Part shown: positions 31,069 through 41,128 of the stretch, piece after piece
How the letters are laid out: each line of letters begins with the position of its first letter
Position numbering within the stretch: the stretch's first letter is position 1
NCBI GenBank assembly: GCA_963782055.1
Contig: CAWAIF010000003.1
Coordinates: 1-64,000 of the forward strand
Direction of reading: 5' to 3'
Source: an uncultured delta proteobacterium
GTDB taxonomy: Bacteria; Myxococcota_A; Polyangia; Polyangiales; Polyangiaceae
DNA length: 64,000 bases
Position numbers and translations under genes: made by a program
Notes under the pieces: model-generated
What the model was told of the DNA's origin: nothing
The model's input: the letters and a program-made list of their open reading frames with translations, nothing else
Databases searched by the model: none

Positions 31069-34000
31069 TCACGCGGCGAAGGCGCGGCGGATCTCCTCCT
31101 CGCGACGCCGGAGCAGCGACGCCACCTCGCCGGCGACGCCGGTGACCCCGCGCTCGCGCAGCAGCGCCTCCAGCTTGCGCATCGCCCAGAAGGTGAGGGG
31201 CTCGTCGTGGTGCACGCGCGCGTAGGCCTCCAGGAAGCGCCGGGCGGCGCCGGCGGCGTCCTCCGACGTCCCGACCGCCGCGACGCACACGGCGTGGAAG
31301 GCCAGCGTCGAGGTGACGCGCCAGCGATCGTCGATCGCCGCGAGCCGCGCGGCGCGCTCGGCGAGCTGCGGCTCGGCGGTCGCGTAGTCGCCGCGGACCA
31401 CGGCGACGTGCATGTGGACGTCGTCGACGTCCAGCGCGAGGTGGGGGTCGTGGATCTCGTGCAGCAGCGCCTCGATCCTGGCCACCACCGCCGGCACCTC
31501 GTCCAGCCGTCCGGACGCGAGCAGCAGCTCGGCGATGGTGGCGTGCATGACGAACGTCCGGTACCCGTCCTCCGCGGCCAGGCAGTGCTCCAGCGCCTTG
31601 CGCTCGTGGCGGAGCGCGCCGTCCAGGTCGCCGGAGAGCGCCCGGAGCTCGGCGATCCGGTGCTGCACCTTGCACGCGAGCTCGACGTCCTCCAGCCCGC
31701 GCGCGAGCATGCCGAGGACGATGTCCTCGCACTCGCGGAGGCGCTCCTCGTAGAAGTAGGTGCTCGACTCCTCGTAGCGCAGCGCGTCCCCGCCCCTCAC
31801 GTCGCCGAGCCGCGCGTAGATCACGCCCGCGCGCGCGTACTCCTCGCGGGCGCTCGCGTAGTCCAGCGCGAAGTAGCGGCGAATGCCCCGGGTGCGGTGC
31901 AGCAGCGCGCGTCGCACGTCCACCGCCGGCACCGCGTCCTGCTCCACCCAGCGCGCCATCTCGGCGATCTGCGCGTCGGCGTCGTCCAAAAGGGACGCGC
32001 GAGACAGGGTGGTGGTCGCGTCGAAGAGGGCCTCGTACGCCTCCCTCTCGGCGCGCGCCTGCCGGTAGAGCACCGCCGCCCGCAACGACGTGTCCACGCG
32101 CCGCCCGTAGGCACCGCGAAGCGCGTCCGCCGTCTCGCGCAGCACGGTCGCCCGGTGAGGCGAGCCCTCCAGCCGCGCCAGCAGGAGCTCCTGCAGGACG
32201 CCGTGGTCGAAGCGGTAGGTGCGCGGGCCCTCCACCCGGACAATCCCCGAGAGCAGCGCGCGGTCCAGCACGCGATCGACCAGGCCGCGCCCCTCGCGCT
32301 CGCGGCTTCGCTCCCGGTGGCGCAGCGGCCGCTCCTCGAAGCGGGCGCCCAGCAGCGCCGCGCACCAGAGGAGCCGCTCCGCCCGACCGGCATCCTCGCC
32401 CAGCTCGGCGAGCACCGCGTCGAGGCGCCGCTCGATGGCCCCGGCGTGAGGCCGCGAGGCCAGGGCGTCGAGGGTGAGGCCGGGCCGCAGGACGTAGCCC
32501 TGGTCTCCCGGAAGGAGCTCCTTCGCGTCCACCCAGTCGAGCAGCGCCTCGCGCAGCAGGAGCGGCGTCTCGTCCAGCCGCTCGGCCAGCGCCCGCGCCA
32601 CGTCTCCGGCGAGCGGCAGCACCTCGCCGAGGAGACGCGCCCGCTCGTCCACCGAGAGAGGCCGCAGCTCCTCCACGCCCGCGCGGGGCGCCTCGGCGAT
32701 GCGATCGAGCCACGAGCGGACCGAGGGATGCTCGGCGGTCCCGCTGCGCAGCGTCAGCACGAGCAGCAGGCGCGCGTCCTGCGCGCGGAGCAGCCGCTCG
32801 GCCAGCTGGAGCGCGCCGTCGCGCGACCAGCCTGCGTCGTCCAGCCACAGGTACACCGGGCGCCGGCGGCTCATGGCGCGCAGCGCCGCGTGGGCGAGAT
32901 CGACCGTCGTCTCCGCGGAGACGGGCGCCGCGTCCGCGCTCAGCCACCGGTGCATCGCCGCGACATCGAAGGCGCCGGGCTCCTGCTCGAGCAGCCAGCG
33001 CCACCGGCCCGCGGCGGTCTCCTCCGGCGTCGAGCCCGCAACGGGCGCGCCGAGCAGCCGCCGGACGCAAGCTTGCAGGCTCCCGGTCACGCTGGTGCCG
33101 GAGATGTCGAAGCCGGCGGCCGCGCCGAGCATCTTGCCCATGCGCTCCACCTCCGCGAGGCCGTGGCGCGCCAGCCGGCTCTTGCCCTCCCCGGCGCGGC
33201 CCACGAAGGCCACCAGACTGGTGCCGCCGGACTCCGAGACCTCGTTGACCGCGGTCATCAGCCGCTCGATCTGCGGGCCACGCCCGACGAGCGCCGTGGG
33301 ACGCAGCCGGCGCAGCGAGCCGAGCTCGCGCGCGGAGGTGGCGGGGAGCGCGAACGGGAGCGCCCGGTGCGCGGCGGGCTCGGAGAGCGGCGTCGGCGTG
33401 AGCAGGGCGGGGGTCACCGGCGCGTGCTCGGTCGGCGCGTTCACGACGGGCGCGTCGGCGATGGTCACCGGGCCGCCGGGATCGGTCGGTCCGGCGAGCA
33501 CCGAGAGCGACAGCACGCTGGGCCGCGCCTCGATGACCGCGTCGTCCCACCGGAGCAGCTCGCGCCGCACCTCCGCGGCGAAGCGGGGGCGCCGGAGCGG
33601 GTCTGCATCCATGAGCCCCTCGATCATCGCGACGAGGGCCCCCGGCACCACCAGGCCCTCCCGCGCGGCGAGCGGCCGCCGGCCGTGAAGCTTGCGCCCG
33701 AGGACCTCGGCGACCGAGCCGTCCATGGCGAAGGGAGGCCTGCCGGCGACGAGCTCGTAGAGCATGACGCCGATGGCGTACAGGTCGGTGTACGGGCCCA
33801 CGGGGTCTCGCGTGCCGAACTGCTCCGGCGCCATGTAGTACGGCGTGCCCTGGGGGTTGCGCGTCCTGGTGCCGTGGATCGGGTCGGTCACGTACGCGAT
33901 GCCGAAGTCGGTGATCTTGACGCGCCCGTCCTGCGCGAGCAGCACGTTGGCCGGCTTCAGGTCGCCGTGGACGATGCCCTGCGCGTGCGCGGCGGCGAGC

Positions 34001-34350
34001 GCCTCCAGGAGCTGCGAGAAGGCGGCGCGCACCGCGGGCCAGCCCGGCCAGCGGAGCAGGAAGCCCTCCAGGTCTGCGCCGTGGACCAGCTCCATCACCA
34101 GGAAGATCCCGCCGCCGTCGTCGCGCCCCACGTCCAGCAGCTCGACGATGCCCGGGTGGCGGAGCTGCATGACGGCCGCCGCCTCGTCGAGCAGCCCGCG
34201 CTGCGCCGCCGCCCCGCTGTGAGCGGAGCGCATCATCTTGAGGGCGACGTGCCGCCCGCTCGGGCGATGGATCGCCTCGTAGACGCGCCCCATGCCGCCC
34301 TCTCCGAGCAGACGAACGACCTCGTAGGAGGGACCCACTGTCGCGGGCAT
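31069..34350 (-). CDS. Ser/Thr protein kinase with P-loop ATPase and TPR-like C-terminus
   Basis: GEGGMG, VALK, HGDLKPAN, DFG, GTPYYMAPE; GRAGEGKS and LWLDD. Confidence 0.92.
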   Translation of the reverse strand: MPATVGPSYEVVRLLGEGGMGRVYEAIHRPSGRHVALKMMRSAHSGAAAQRGLLDEAAAVMQLRHPGIVELLDVGRDDGGGIFLVMELVHGADLEGFLLRWPGWPAVRAAFSQLLEALAAAHAQGIVHGDLKPANVLLAQDGRVKITDFGIAYVTDPIHGTRTRNPQGTPYYMAPEQFGTRDPVGPYTDLYAIGVMLYELVAGRPPFAMDGSVAEVLGRKLHGRRPLAAREGLVVPGALVAMIEGLMDADPLRRPRFAAEVRRELLRWDDAVIEARPSVLSLSVLAGPTDPGGPVTIADAPVVNAPTEHAPVTPALLTPTPLSEPAAHRALPFALPATSARELGSLRRLRPTALVGRGPQIERLMTAVNEVSESGGTSLVAFVGRAGEGKSRLARHGLAEVERMGKMLGAAAGFDISGTSVTGSLQACVRRLLGAPVAGSTPEETAAGRWRWLLEQEPGAFDVAAMHRWLSADAAPVSAETTVDLAHAALRAMSRRRPVYLWLDDAGWSRDGALQLAERLLRAQDARLLLVLTLRSGTAEHPSVRSWLDRIAEAPRAGVEELRPLSVDERARLLGEVLPLAGDVARALAERLDETPLLLREALLDWVDAKELLPGDQGYVLRPGLTLDALASRPHAGAIERRLDAVLAELGEDAGRAERLLWCAALLGARFEERPLRHRERSREREGRGLVDRVLDRALLSGIVRVEGPRTYRFDHGVLQELLLARLEGSPHRATVLRETADALRGAYGRRVDTSLRAAVLYRQARAEREAYEALFDATTTLSRASLLDDADAQIAEMARWVEQDAVPAVDVRRALLHRTRGIRRYFALDYASAREEYARAGVIYARLGDVRGGDALRYEESSTYFYEERLRECEDIVLGMLARGLEDVELACKVQHRIAELRALSGDLDGALRHERKALEHCLAAEDGYRTFVMHATIAELLLASGRLDEVPAVVARIEALLHEIHDPHLALDVDDVHMHVAVVRGDYATAEPQLAERAARLAAIDDRWRVTSTLAFHAVCVAAVGTSEDAAGAARRFLEAYARVHHDEPLTFWAMRKLEALLRERGVTGVAGEVASLLRRREEEIRRAFAA

Positions 34351-34393
34351 CGACCGAAGCTTAGCCCCAAACCCGCGCCCCGCCCGCCGCGCC

Positions 34394-36275
34394 TCAGCGC
34401 GGCTCGCGGAAGGTGGAGGGATCGAAGGTGTTCAGGCCCAGCCCAGCCGCGTCCGGCGCGGGCTCGCCCTTCACGCCCCCGAGCCAGCGGACGACGCGCC
34501 CGGCGACGGGATCCTTCGGCGAGGCCGCGCGCAGGTCCTCGATGGTGGCCGACACCCACTCCCTGTCGTGCGTCTCCAGCGCCGCCAGCACCCGCCTGCG
34601 AAGCGGCGCCGCCGCCATGCGCTCCACCTCCGGGTCGGGCGCGGTGTCGAGCGCCGCGTGGACCGACTCCAGCGCGGCGTGGGAGTCGGCGCGTGCCTTC
34701 TTCCTATCGCTCGAGCCGCGCGGCTCCACCCAGTACCGGTCGAAGAGGCCGTCGGGCACCAGATGCGTCGCCAGCCTGTGCTCCCAGCGCGAGTCGAAGC
34801 CGATCAGCAGCGGACGCGCGGCCGCCACCTGAGAGAGAGAACTCCTCCGGGGCGCCGTACAGCGCCACGTCGCGCACGTAGCCGGCGAGCCGGCCGTCGC
34901 GCGCGAGCTCGAGGCGCGCGCCGGGGCCCGCGGTGTCCCCGGCGAAGAGGAGGGAGAGGTCGCCGCGCAGGTCGCCCGCGGCCCGCAGCGCGACCGCGCG
35001 CAGCGCCACCCGGTGGTCGCCCGTCACGACCACCGCGTGCACCTCGGCGCCGCCGAACGCGGCGGTGTCGAACGCCTGCGCGGCGCCGGGCGTGCGCGCG
35101 GCGGCCGCGAGCAATCCGTCGTCGGCGCTCTTGGCCGCCACGGCCACCTCCAGCAGCACCACCATCCCCGCGCTCGCCGCCGCGAAGGGGACCTTCGTCC
35201 CGCGCACCCAGTCCGCCGCCACGAACATGCCGATCGCCGCCAGCCAGGAGACGGCGGCGAGCGTCGCGAGGGCCGCGGCGCCGTAGCGCGTCGGCCCCGC
35301 CGGCGCCCCCAGCGCCATCGCCGCGGCGCCCACGACGGCCACCGCGATGGGCGGCGCCGTCCGCGCCCGCGCGCGCCCACGCAGCATGCCGACGACCGCC
35401 CCCAGCGCAGCGAGCGCGAGCGCGACGACGCCGAGCTCGTGCCGCAGCAGCACGGCGGCGGTGGACCGCGTCGACTCCCCCCGCTCGCCGAGCGGCGCCG
35501 CCCACGCGCTCACGCTCGCGAAGAGCGAGGTGGAGATCGCGCGCCGCCACGCCGCCCAGCCCAGCGGCGCCAGCCCGGCGAGGAACGCTCCGGCCGCGAC
35601 GACGAGCGTCCGCCTGCCAGGCGGCGGCGTACCGCGGAGCGCCATGGCCGCTGCGGCTCCCGCCACCGCGCACGCGAGCACGTCGGGCTGGTAGCTCGCC
35701 GCGAGACCCACGAGCAACGCGGCCAGCGTCTCGCCGTCCTCGTCGCGGGAGAGCGCCCACGCCGGTCCGAGCGCGAACACCGCGCCCAGCGCGGCGCCGC
35801 CCGCGCCGAGCGCCTCGACCTGACCGGCGCCTCCGAGCGTGGCGAGCACCGCGCCGATGGCCGCCGTCGCGCTCGCCAGGCGTCGCGACGTCGTCGACGA
35901 CGCCGCCCCCGCCATCGCGGCGAGCGTCCGGCGCGCCGCCGCGAACACCAGCGCACCGAGCATCCCCGCGGCCGCCCCCGAAGCGAGCACCGCCCGCGTC
36001 GCGCGCGTGCCGAGCGGCAGCGCGAGCCACGGCGCCGCCCAGAGCGCGTCCGCCCCGCGCCACAGGCCCGCCGCGCCCCACCCCACCACGCGCACCGTGG
36101 CCTCGTCGTGCGCGGGCAAGGGGACGCGCGCCGCGCCGGCCGCCACGGCCGCCGCCGGGAGCAGCGCGCAGAGGATCAGGAGCGCGGCATCCAGCCGCGA
36201 CGGCTCGGTCGACGCGCCCGGCGGGCGGTCCGCCGACGCTGCACGCCGGACCTCAGGCGTCTCGCGGGGTCCCAC
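34394..36275 (-). pseudogene. Multi-TM membrane protein (DUF2723/GT-C-like by impression) split by a frameshift in a (TC)5 tract
   Basis: ORFs 34704..36275 and 34394..34828 join in frame if one TC is added at 34831-34840. Start uncertain. Confidence 0.6.
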
Positions 36276-36327
36276 CCCACGCGCTTACATAAGAACCTGC
36301 TCGCCTGCCAACTTCTCGGACCCGCCA

Positions 36328-36449
36328 CGCGCCAGCCGAACAAACCCCGAGCCATGACGCCCGCTGCGGACCGGAGGCCGCGTGGACGGCGGCGCGAGCC
36401 GCCCCAGCGACGCCTCCGAGAGGCATCCGAGCTCCAATCACATCCTCTC
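36328..36449 (+). repeat. Highly diverged copy of the 151-bp repeat unit upstream of aspS
   Basis: ACGCCCG..GCG.A.CGGAGG.CGCGTG..GGCGGCGCG.GCCGCCCC..GAGAGG.AT..GAGCT.C..TCACATCCTCTC, collinear with the array unit. Confidence 0.6.
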
Positions 36450-36512
36450 GGCGCGCGCATTCAGGCTACGCTGCCGCCCTGCGTCAGCAGACCCAAGGAA
36501 AGGCAGCGCTCC

Positions 36513-38396
36513 GTGGCCCGATTCATCGATGAGCTGAAACGAACGCATCACGACGGCGAGCTCCGCGCCGCGGACGCCGGCAAGGAGGTCGTCCTCTTCG
36601 GCTGGGTCGCCAGCTACCGCGACCACGGCGGCTGCGTCTTCGTCGACCTCCGCGACCGCGAGGGGATCACCCAGCTCGTCTTCGACCCCGAGCTCGCCGG
36701 CCACGGCGACCAGCCGAAGCAGGCCTACGACGTCGCGCAATCTCTTCGCAGCGAGTGGGTCATCGGCGTACGCGGCGTGGTGGTGAGCCGCGGGCAGAAC
36801 AAGAACCCCCGCATGGTGACGGGCGAGATCGAGGTGCACGTCGTGGAGCTCGGCGTCTTCAACAAGGCGGACACGCCCCCCTTCGAGATCCTGGACCAGA
36901 TCGACACCTCCGAGGAGAAGCGCCTGCAGTACCGCTACCTCGACCTGCGACGCGCCCCGCTGCAGAAGACCCTGCGCGTGCGCCACCGCATCAACCAGGT
37001 CACCCGCCGCTACTTCGACGAGAACGGCTTCCTCGAGCTGGAGACGCCGGTGATGGTGAAGTACACGCCCGGCGGCGCGCGCAACTTCCTGGTCCCCAGC
37101 CGCATGTCCCCGGGGAAGTTCTTCGCCCTGGCGGAGAGCCCGCAGCTCTTCAAGCAGCTCTACATGGTCGCCGGGTTCGACAGGTACTTCCAGATCGTCA
37201 AGTGCTTCCGCGACGAGGACCTGCGCCTGGATCGCCAGCCGGAGTTCACCCAGATCGACGTGGAGATGAGCTTCGTCAACCAGGACGACGTCTTCCGCAT
37301 CATGGAGGGCCTCGTCTTCCGCGTGTGGAAGGAGGTCCTCGGCATCGACCTCGCGGAGAAGTACCCCGACGGGCGCTTCCCGCAGATGCCCTTCGAGGAG
37401 TCGATGGCGCACTACGGCAACGACAAGCCCGACCTGCGCTTCGGCCTGCAGCACGCGGACGTGACCGACGTGGTGATCGACCACTCCGGCGGTGGCATCC
37501 CCTTCTGGAAGGACATCGCCGACAAGTTCGCCAGCGGCCGCTACCGCCGCGACCTCCCGGCGGAGATCGTCAAGGCGCTGCGCATCCCGGCCGAGCACGC
37601 GACGAAGCTCTCCCGCGCCGAGGTGGACAAGCTGGAGGAGTACGTCAAGGGCATGGGCGCCAAGGGCCTCGCCCGCGCGAAGGTGGACGCCCAGGGCAAC
37701 TGGACGCAGTCGCCGCTCGCCAAGACCATCACGCCGGAGCTGCGCGCGGCGATCAACGCGCGGGTCGGCGCGAAGGAGGGCGACCTGCTCTTCTTCCAGT
37801 TCGGCAAGGAGAGCGTGGTGCAGACCGTGCTCGCCAACCTGCGCGTGCACCTCGCCAAGAAGCTCGAGCTCATCCCCGAGAGCGGCCACGGCGGACGCTT
37901 CGACTTCCTCTGGGTCGTGAACCCGCCGCTCTTCGAGTACGACGACGACAGGAAGACGTGGGTCGCCGCGCACCACGCCTTCACCCGCCCGCACGACGAC
38001 TGCGTCGCCATGCTCGACACCGACCCGGGCAAGGTCCTCTGCTACCGCTACGACCTGGTGCTCAACGGCTTCGAGATCGGCGGCGGGTCCATCCGCCTGC
38101 ACGACCCGGCGGTGCAGGCCAAGGTCTTCCGCGCCCTCGGCATCTCCGACGAGGAGGCGCGCGCCAAGTTCGGCTTCCTGCTGGACGCGCTGCGCTTCGG
38201 CGCGCCGCCGCACGGCGGCATCGCCATCGGCATGGACCGCCTGGCGATGCTCCTCTCCGGCGCGGAGAGCCTGCGCGACGTCATCCCGTACCCCAAGACG
38301 CAGAAGGGCACCGACCTGATGACCGACGCGCCCAACCGCGCGTCTCCGGAGCAGCTCGCCGAGCTCAAGATCCGCGTGCTGGCGGACGAGGGCTGA
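36513..38396 (+). CDS. aspS: Aspartate-tRNA ligase
   Basis: RDHGG.VFVDLRD, RYRYLDLR-like, GARNFLVPSR, SPQLFKQ, CFRDEDLR, GGGSIR, GAPPHGG. Confidence 0.97.
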   Translation: MARFIDELKRTHHDGELRAADAGKEVVLFGWVASYRDHGGCVFVDLRDREGITQLVFDPELAGHGDQPKQAYDVAQSLRSEWVIGVRGVVVSRGQNKNPRMVTGEIEVHVVELGVFNKADTPPFEILDQIDTSEEKRLQYRYLDLRRAPLQKTLRVRHRINQVTRRYFDENGFLELETPVMVKYTPGGARNFLVPSRMSPGKFFALAESPQLFKQLYMVAGFDRYFQIVKCFRDEDLRLDRQPEFTQIDVEMSFVNQDDVFRIMEGLVFRVWKEVLGIDLAEKYPDGRFPQMPFEESMAHYGNDKPDLRFGLQHADVTDVVIDHSGGGIPFWKDIADKFASGRYRRDLPAEIVKALRIPAEHATKLSRAEVDKLEEYVKGMGAKGLARAKVDAQGNWTQSPLAKTITPELRAAINARVGAKEGDLLFFQFGKESVVQTVLANLRVHLAKKLELIPESGHGGRFDFLWVVNPPLFEYDDDRKTWVAAHHAFTRPHDDCVAMLDTDPGKVLCYRYDLVLNGFEIGGGSIRLHDPAVQAKVFRALGISDEEARAKFGFLLDALRFGAPPHGGIAIGMDRLAMLLSGAESLRDVIPYPKTQKGTDLMTDAPNRASPEQLAELKIRVLADEG

Positions 38397-38397
38397 C

Positions 38398-38928
38398 GTG
38401 CGCCGGGCGACGGTCACCGCGCTCGTGTTCGGCGTCGTCGGCGCGGGGCTGGCGGTCTTCGCGGCGTGCGACACCACGTCGATATACGTCTACAACGCGC
38501 GCCAGTACGATCCGGCGCGCGACTGCCTGACCAATCTCACCGGCCTCGACGTCCTGGAGGGCGACGACCCCGGCGTCGGGTGCGTCGCGCGCTGCCTCGT
38601 CGGCCACGACGTGTTCGACGGCTCGGCCGTCCTGCTCGGCACGACGGAGTGCGGTCCGGTCCCGCCGGGCTTCGACGACAGCGCGTCCAACCCGCTGTGC
38701 CCCGAGGTCATCGCCGCACTCAAGCGCGACGACATCTGCGACGCCGACGGCGGCTCGACCAACCCGCGCGACGGCGGGGCGGACGGAGGCGACGCGGCCG
38801 GCGACGCGGCCGATGACGCCGGCGATGCGGCGAGCGATGGGGCATCCGGCGACGCCTCCGACGCCGCAACCGATGCGGCAACGGACGCGACCGACGGCTC
38901 GATATCGCTTGATGCGGCCAGTGAATAA
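38398..38928 (+). CDS. Putative lipoprotein with Asp/Ala-rich tail
   Basis: GLAVFAAC lipobox, Cys-rich core, DA-repeat tail; 1 bp after aspS. Confidence 0.7.
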   Translation: MRRATVTALVFGVVGAGLAVFAACDTTSIYVYNARQYDPARDCLTNLTGLDVLEGDDPGVGCVARCLVGHDVFDGSAVLLGTTECGPVPPGFDDSASNPLCPEVIAALKRDDICDADGGSTNPRDGGADGGDAAGDAADDAGDAASDGASGDASDAATDAATDATDGSISLDAASE

Positions 38929-39081
38929 GTGGAAAGCCGGGCGTGAAAGACTGGCGTCTCGGCGCGATGTGACTTATCTGATTCTCGGCCCTCTCGTTGC
39001 TGCTGTGCGCTGCCCCCCCTCGCGCGCGTGGTTGCGGGAGGGCCACTTTCTTGCTCGCCGTCGCCGGCGCGGTGGCGCCCC

Positions 39082-40065
39082 TCAGCGCCTGAGGAGCGCC
39101 CGGAGCACCGCCATCGGGCTGAAGCCGAGCGTCGCGGTGACGTCCTTCTCGGTCGCGCTGCCCACGCGCTGGCGCAAGGACCTCAGCGCCGGCTCCAGCA
39201 TGCCGAGCGGGTCGAGCGCCGGCACGAAGCCACGCAGACTCTCGAACGCGTAACGCGCCCCGTCGACGCCGAGGGCGACGCCGACCGCCACCGGGATGGG
39301 GGAGAGCGCCACGTCGCGCACCGCGACGGCGCGACTCCACGCGCCCGGACGCGCGTCCACCTGCAGCCCGTGGAAGACGTCCACCTCGGCGAAGCAGCCC
39401 AGCGCGAGCGGCGCGTAGCGCTCCTCCACGGCGCGCACCAGGTGGCGGAAGTCGCGTCGCCAGTCGCCGGAGAGCAGGCCCATGGCGGGGCGCATCTCGT
39501 CCGGGCCGGCGATGACGTCGAAGCCCGGCCCGCGCCGCCGCGCGACGAAGCACGTCCAGAGCTCCCCCTGCTTGAACAGCCCCAGCGCGATCGCCTTGCC
39601 GTCGCCGCAGACGGCGTCGAGCGTGCGGCGCACCATCGGCTCGGTGGGGACGGGCACGTTGCGCAGGCGGCGCGGCCACGACTCGATGGCGCCGGCGTGC
39701 ATCATCTCGCGCACGATGCCCACCATGCAGAGCGACTGCGTCACCAGATCCTGCCCGCGTCGCGCGCGCGAGCCGAAGCGCTCCATCACCTCTTCCAGGG
39801 CGCCCACCTCGAGCGAGAGCGCCCAGCTCGCCTCGTGCGCGGCGGCCATCTCGGCCAGGGGCACCGGCCAGGTCGCCGGCGGGTCCACCCGGCCGCGCCG
39901 TGTCGAGAGCGCCTTGCGCGCGCGCCCCGCTTCGTGCACGACGATGACGCCGCCTCGAGGCCGCGTCGCCTCGCGGTCCGGCGAGGCGCGCGGCTTCCAC
40001 AAGCTCACGAAGCGGATCCAGTCCTCGGCGGTCCACCCTTCCAAACGAACGTCCGGCGTGAGCAT
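39082..40065 (-). CDS. Hypothetical protein
   Basis: Coding-like ORF starting MLTPDVRLEGW; no motif recognised. Confidence 0.75.
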   Translation of the reverse strand: MLTPDVRLEGWTAEDWIRFVSLWKPRASPDREATRPRGGVIVVHEAGRARKALSTRRGRVDPPATWPVPLAEMAAAHEASWALSLEVGALEEVMERFGSRARRGQDLVTQSLCMVGIVREMMHAGAIESWPRRLRNVPVPTEPMVRRTLDAVCGDGKAIALGLFKQGELWTCFVARRRGPGFDVIAGPDEMRPAMGLLSGDWRRDFRHLVRAVEERYAPLALGCFAEVDVFHGLQVDARPGAWSRAVAVRDVALSPIPVAVGVALGVDGARYAFESLRGFVPALDPLGMLEPALRSLRQRVGSATEKDVTATLGFSPMAVLRALLRR

Positions 40066-40138
40066 CGAAGCGCGTAGAGTAATCGAGGGGGAGACAGAGG
40101 TAGACACCGAATTCGAGTCCGAGCCGAAGCCTCGGACG

Positions 40139-41095
40139 ATGAACCCGATGCAGACCCCCGAGACCCTCTTCCACGAGTACTTCTGGCCGCTCTACCCCGA
40201 GGACGCGCGGGCCGACCTGGCGCGCGCGCGCTCGCTGGACGCGAACCCCGGCGGCAACCCTTCGGTGCTGGCCCACCTGGACGAGGCGGCGGCGGTCTTC
40301 GTCGCCATGCACGCGAAGGTCTTCGGCGGAGACCTCCAGCTGGACTACACCGACGCGAGCGTGCATCGCCTCGGGGCGGCGCTCACGCGGGACGTCCGCG
40401 ATGCGCTGGCCCGCCACGCCTCCCCCGGCTCGCCGGTGACCGAGCTCTTCAACGTGGTGGTGCACGGCGCCGCGTACGTGGGGCGCTGTATCGTGCGGTG
40501 CCACGACGCCGAGTGGGAGGTGCGTCGCCCGCTGTGGGAGAGCCTGGTGCGCCTGCGGTCGCACGCCGGCGTGGCCGAGCTGGCGGTGTTCCAGTGGTGG
40601 CTCAAGGCGCTGGCCGACGCCGCCTACGACGAAGGCGGACGCCCCCGCCACGGCCTCGCCGAGCGCTACCGCACCTACGTCGAGGTGCCGACGACAGCGC
40701 CGGACGAGCTGCCGGTGCTCGCCGACCCCGCGCGCGACCTGCCGCGCCTTGCACGGGTCCGCTACGATCTGCTGCACAAGTACCTGCGCGCGCACGTGCC
40801 CGAGCTGAAGGACCTGGGCGCCGACTTCCCCGCGCCGGAGCGCTTCGACGCCTACGCCTTCCAGTGGCTGGAGCTGCGCCTCGTCGGCGGCGGGCGCATG
40901 CTCCTCGTCTACGGCCCGGGCAAGGGAGGCCTCCACGCCTTCTGGCTGGATCGCGGCGGCTTCCAGAAGAGCGCGCTCTTCGCGGCGGACGATTTCCCGG
41001 CGCCGGTGGTGGCCGTGCACGGCGACAAGATCCGCTTCGTCGTGTCGCATGACGGCAAGTCGGTGCGGCACGAGACGCTCTGGTGGGGGCCGTAG
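40139..41095 (+). CDS. Hypothetical protein (LDYT..S...GAAYVG..I...W, DUF3806-like by impression)
   Basis: Coding-like 3' part of ORF 39482..41095. Confidence 0.75.
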   Translation: MNPMQTPETLFHEYFWPLYPEDARADLARARSLDANPGGNPSVLAHLDEAAAVFVAMHAKVFGGDLQLDYTDASVHRLGAALTRDVRDALARHASPGSPVTELFNVVVHGAAYVGRCIVRCHDAEWEVRRPLWESLVRLRSHAGVAELAVFQWWLKALADAAYDEGGRPRHGLAERYRTYVEVPTTAPDELPVLADPARDLPRLARVRYDLLHKYLRAHVPELKDLGADFPAPERFDAYAFQWLELRLVGGGRMLLVYGPGKGGLHAFWLDRGGFQKSALFAADDFPAPVVAVHGDKIRFVVSHDGKSVRHETLWWGP

Positions 41096-41128
41096 CTCGC
41101 CGGCCGCGCGTGGTAGGATGGCCACGTC

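Noticed and set aside
31207..34881. 1224-aa plus-strand ORF and similar long ORFs (38720..42157, 48475..51150, 6752..8323, 8507..10444)
   Set aside because: Antisense or alternate-frame shadows expected at very high GC; they overlap well-supported genes and have no motifs.
35013..36512. 500-aa N-terminal extension of AspS
   Set aside because: Antisense to the membrane-protein gene; AspS homology begins at GTG 36513.
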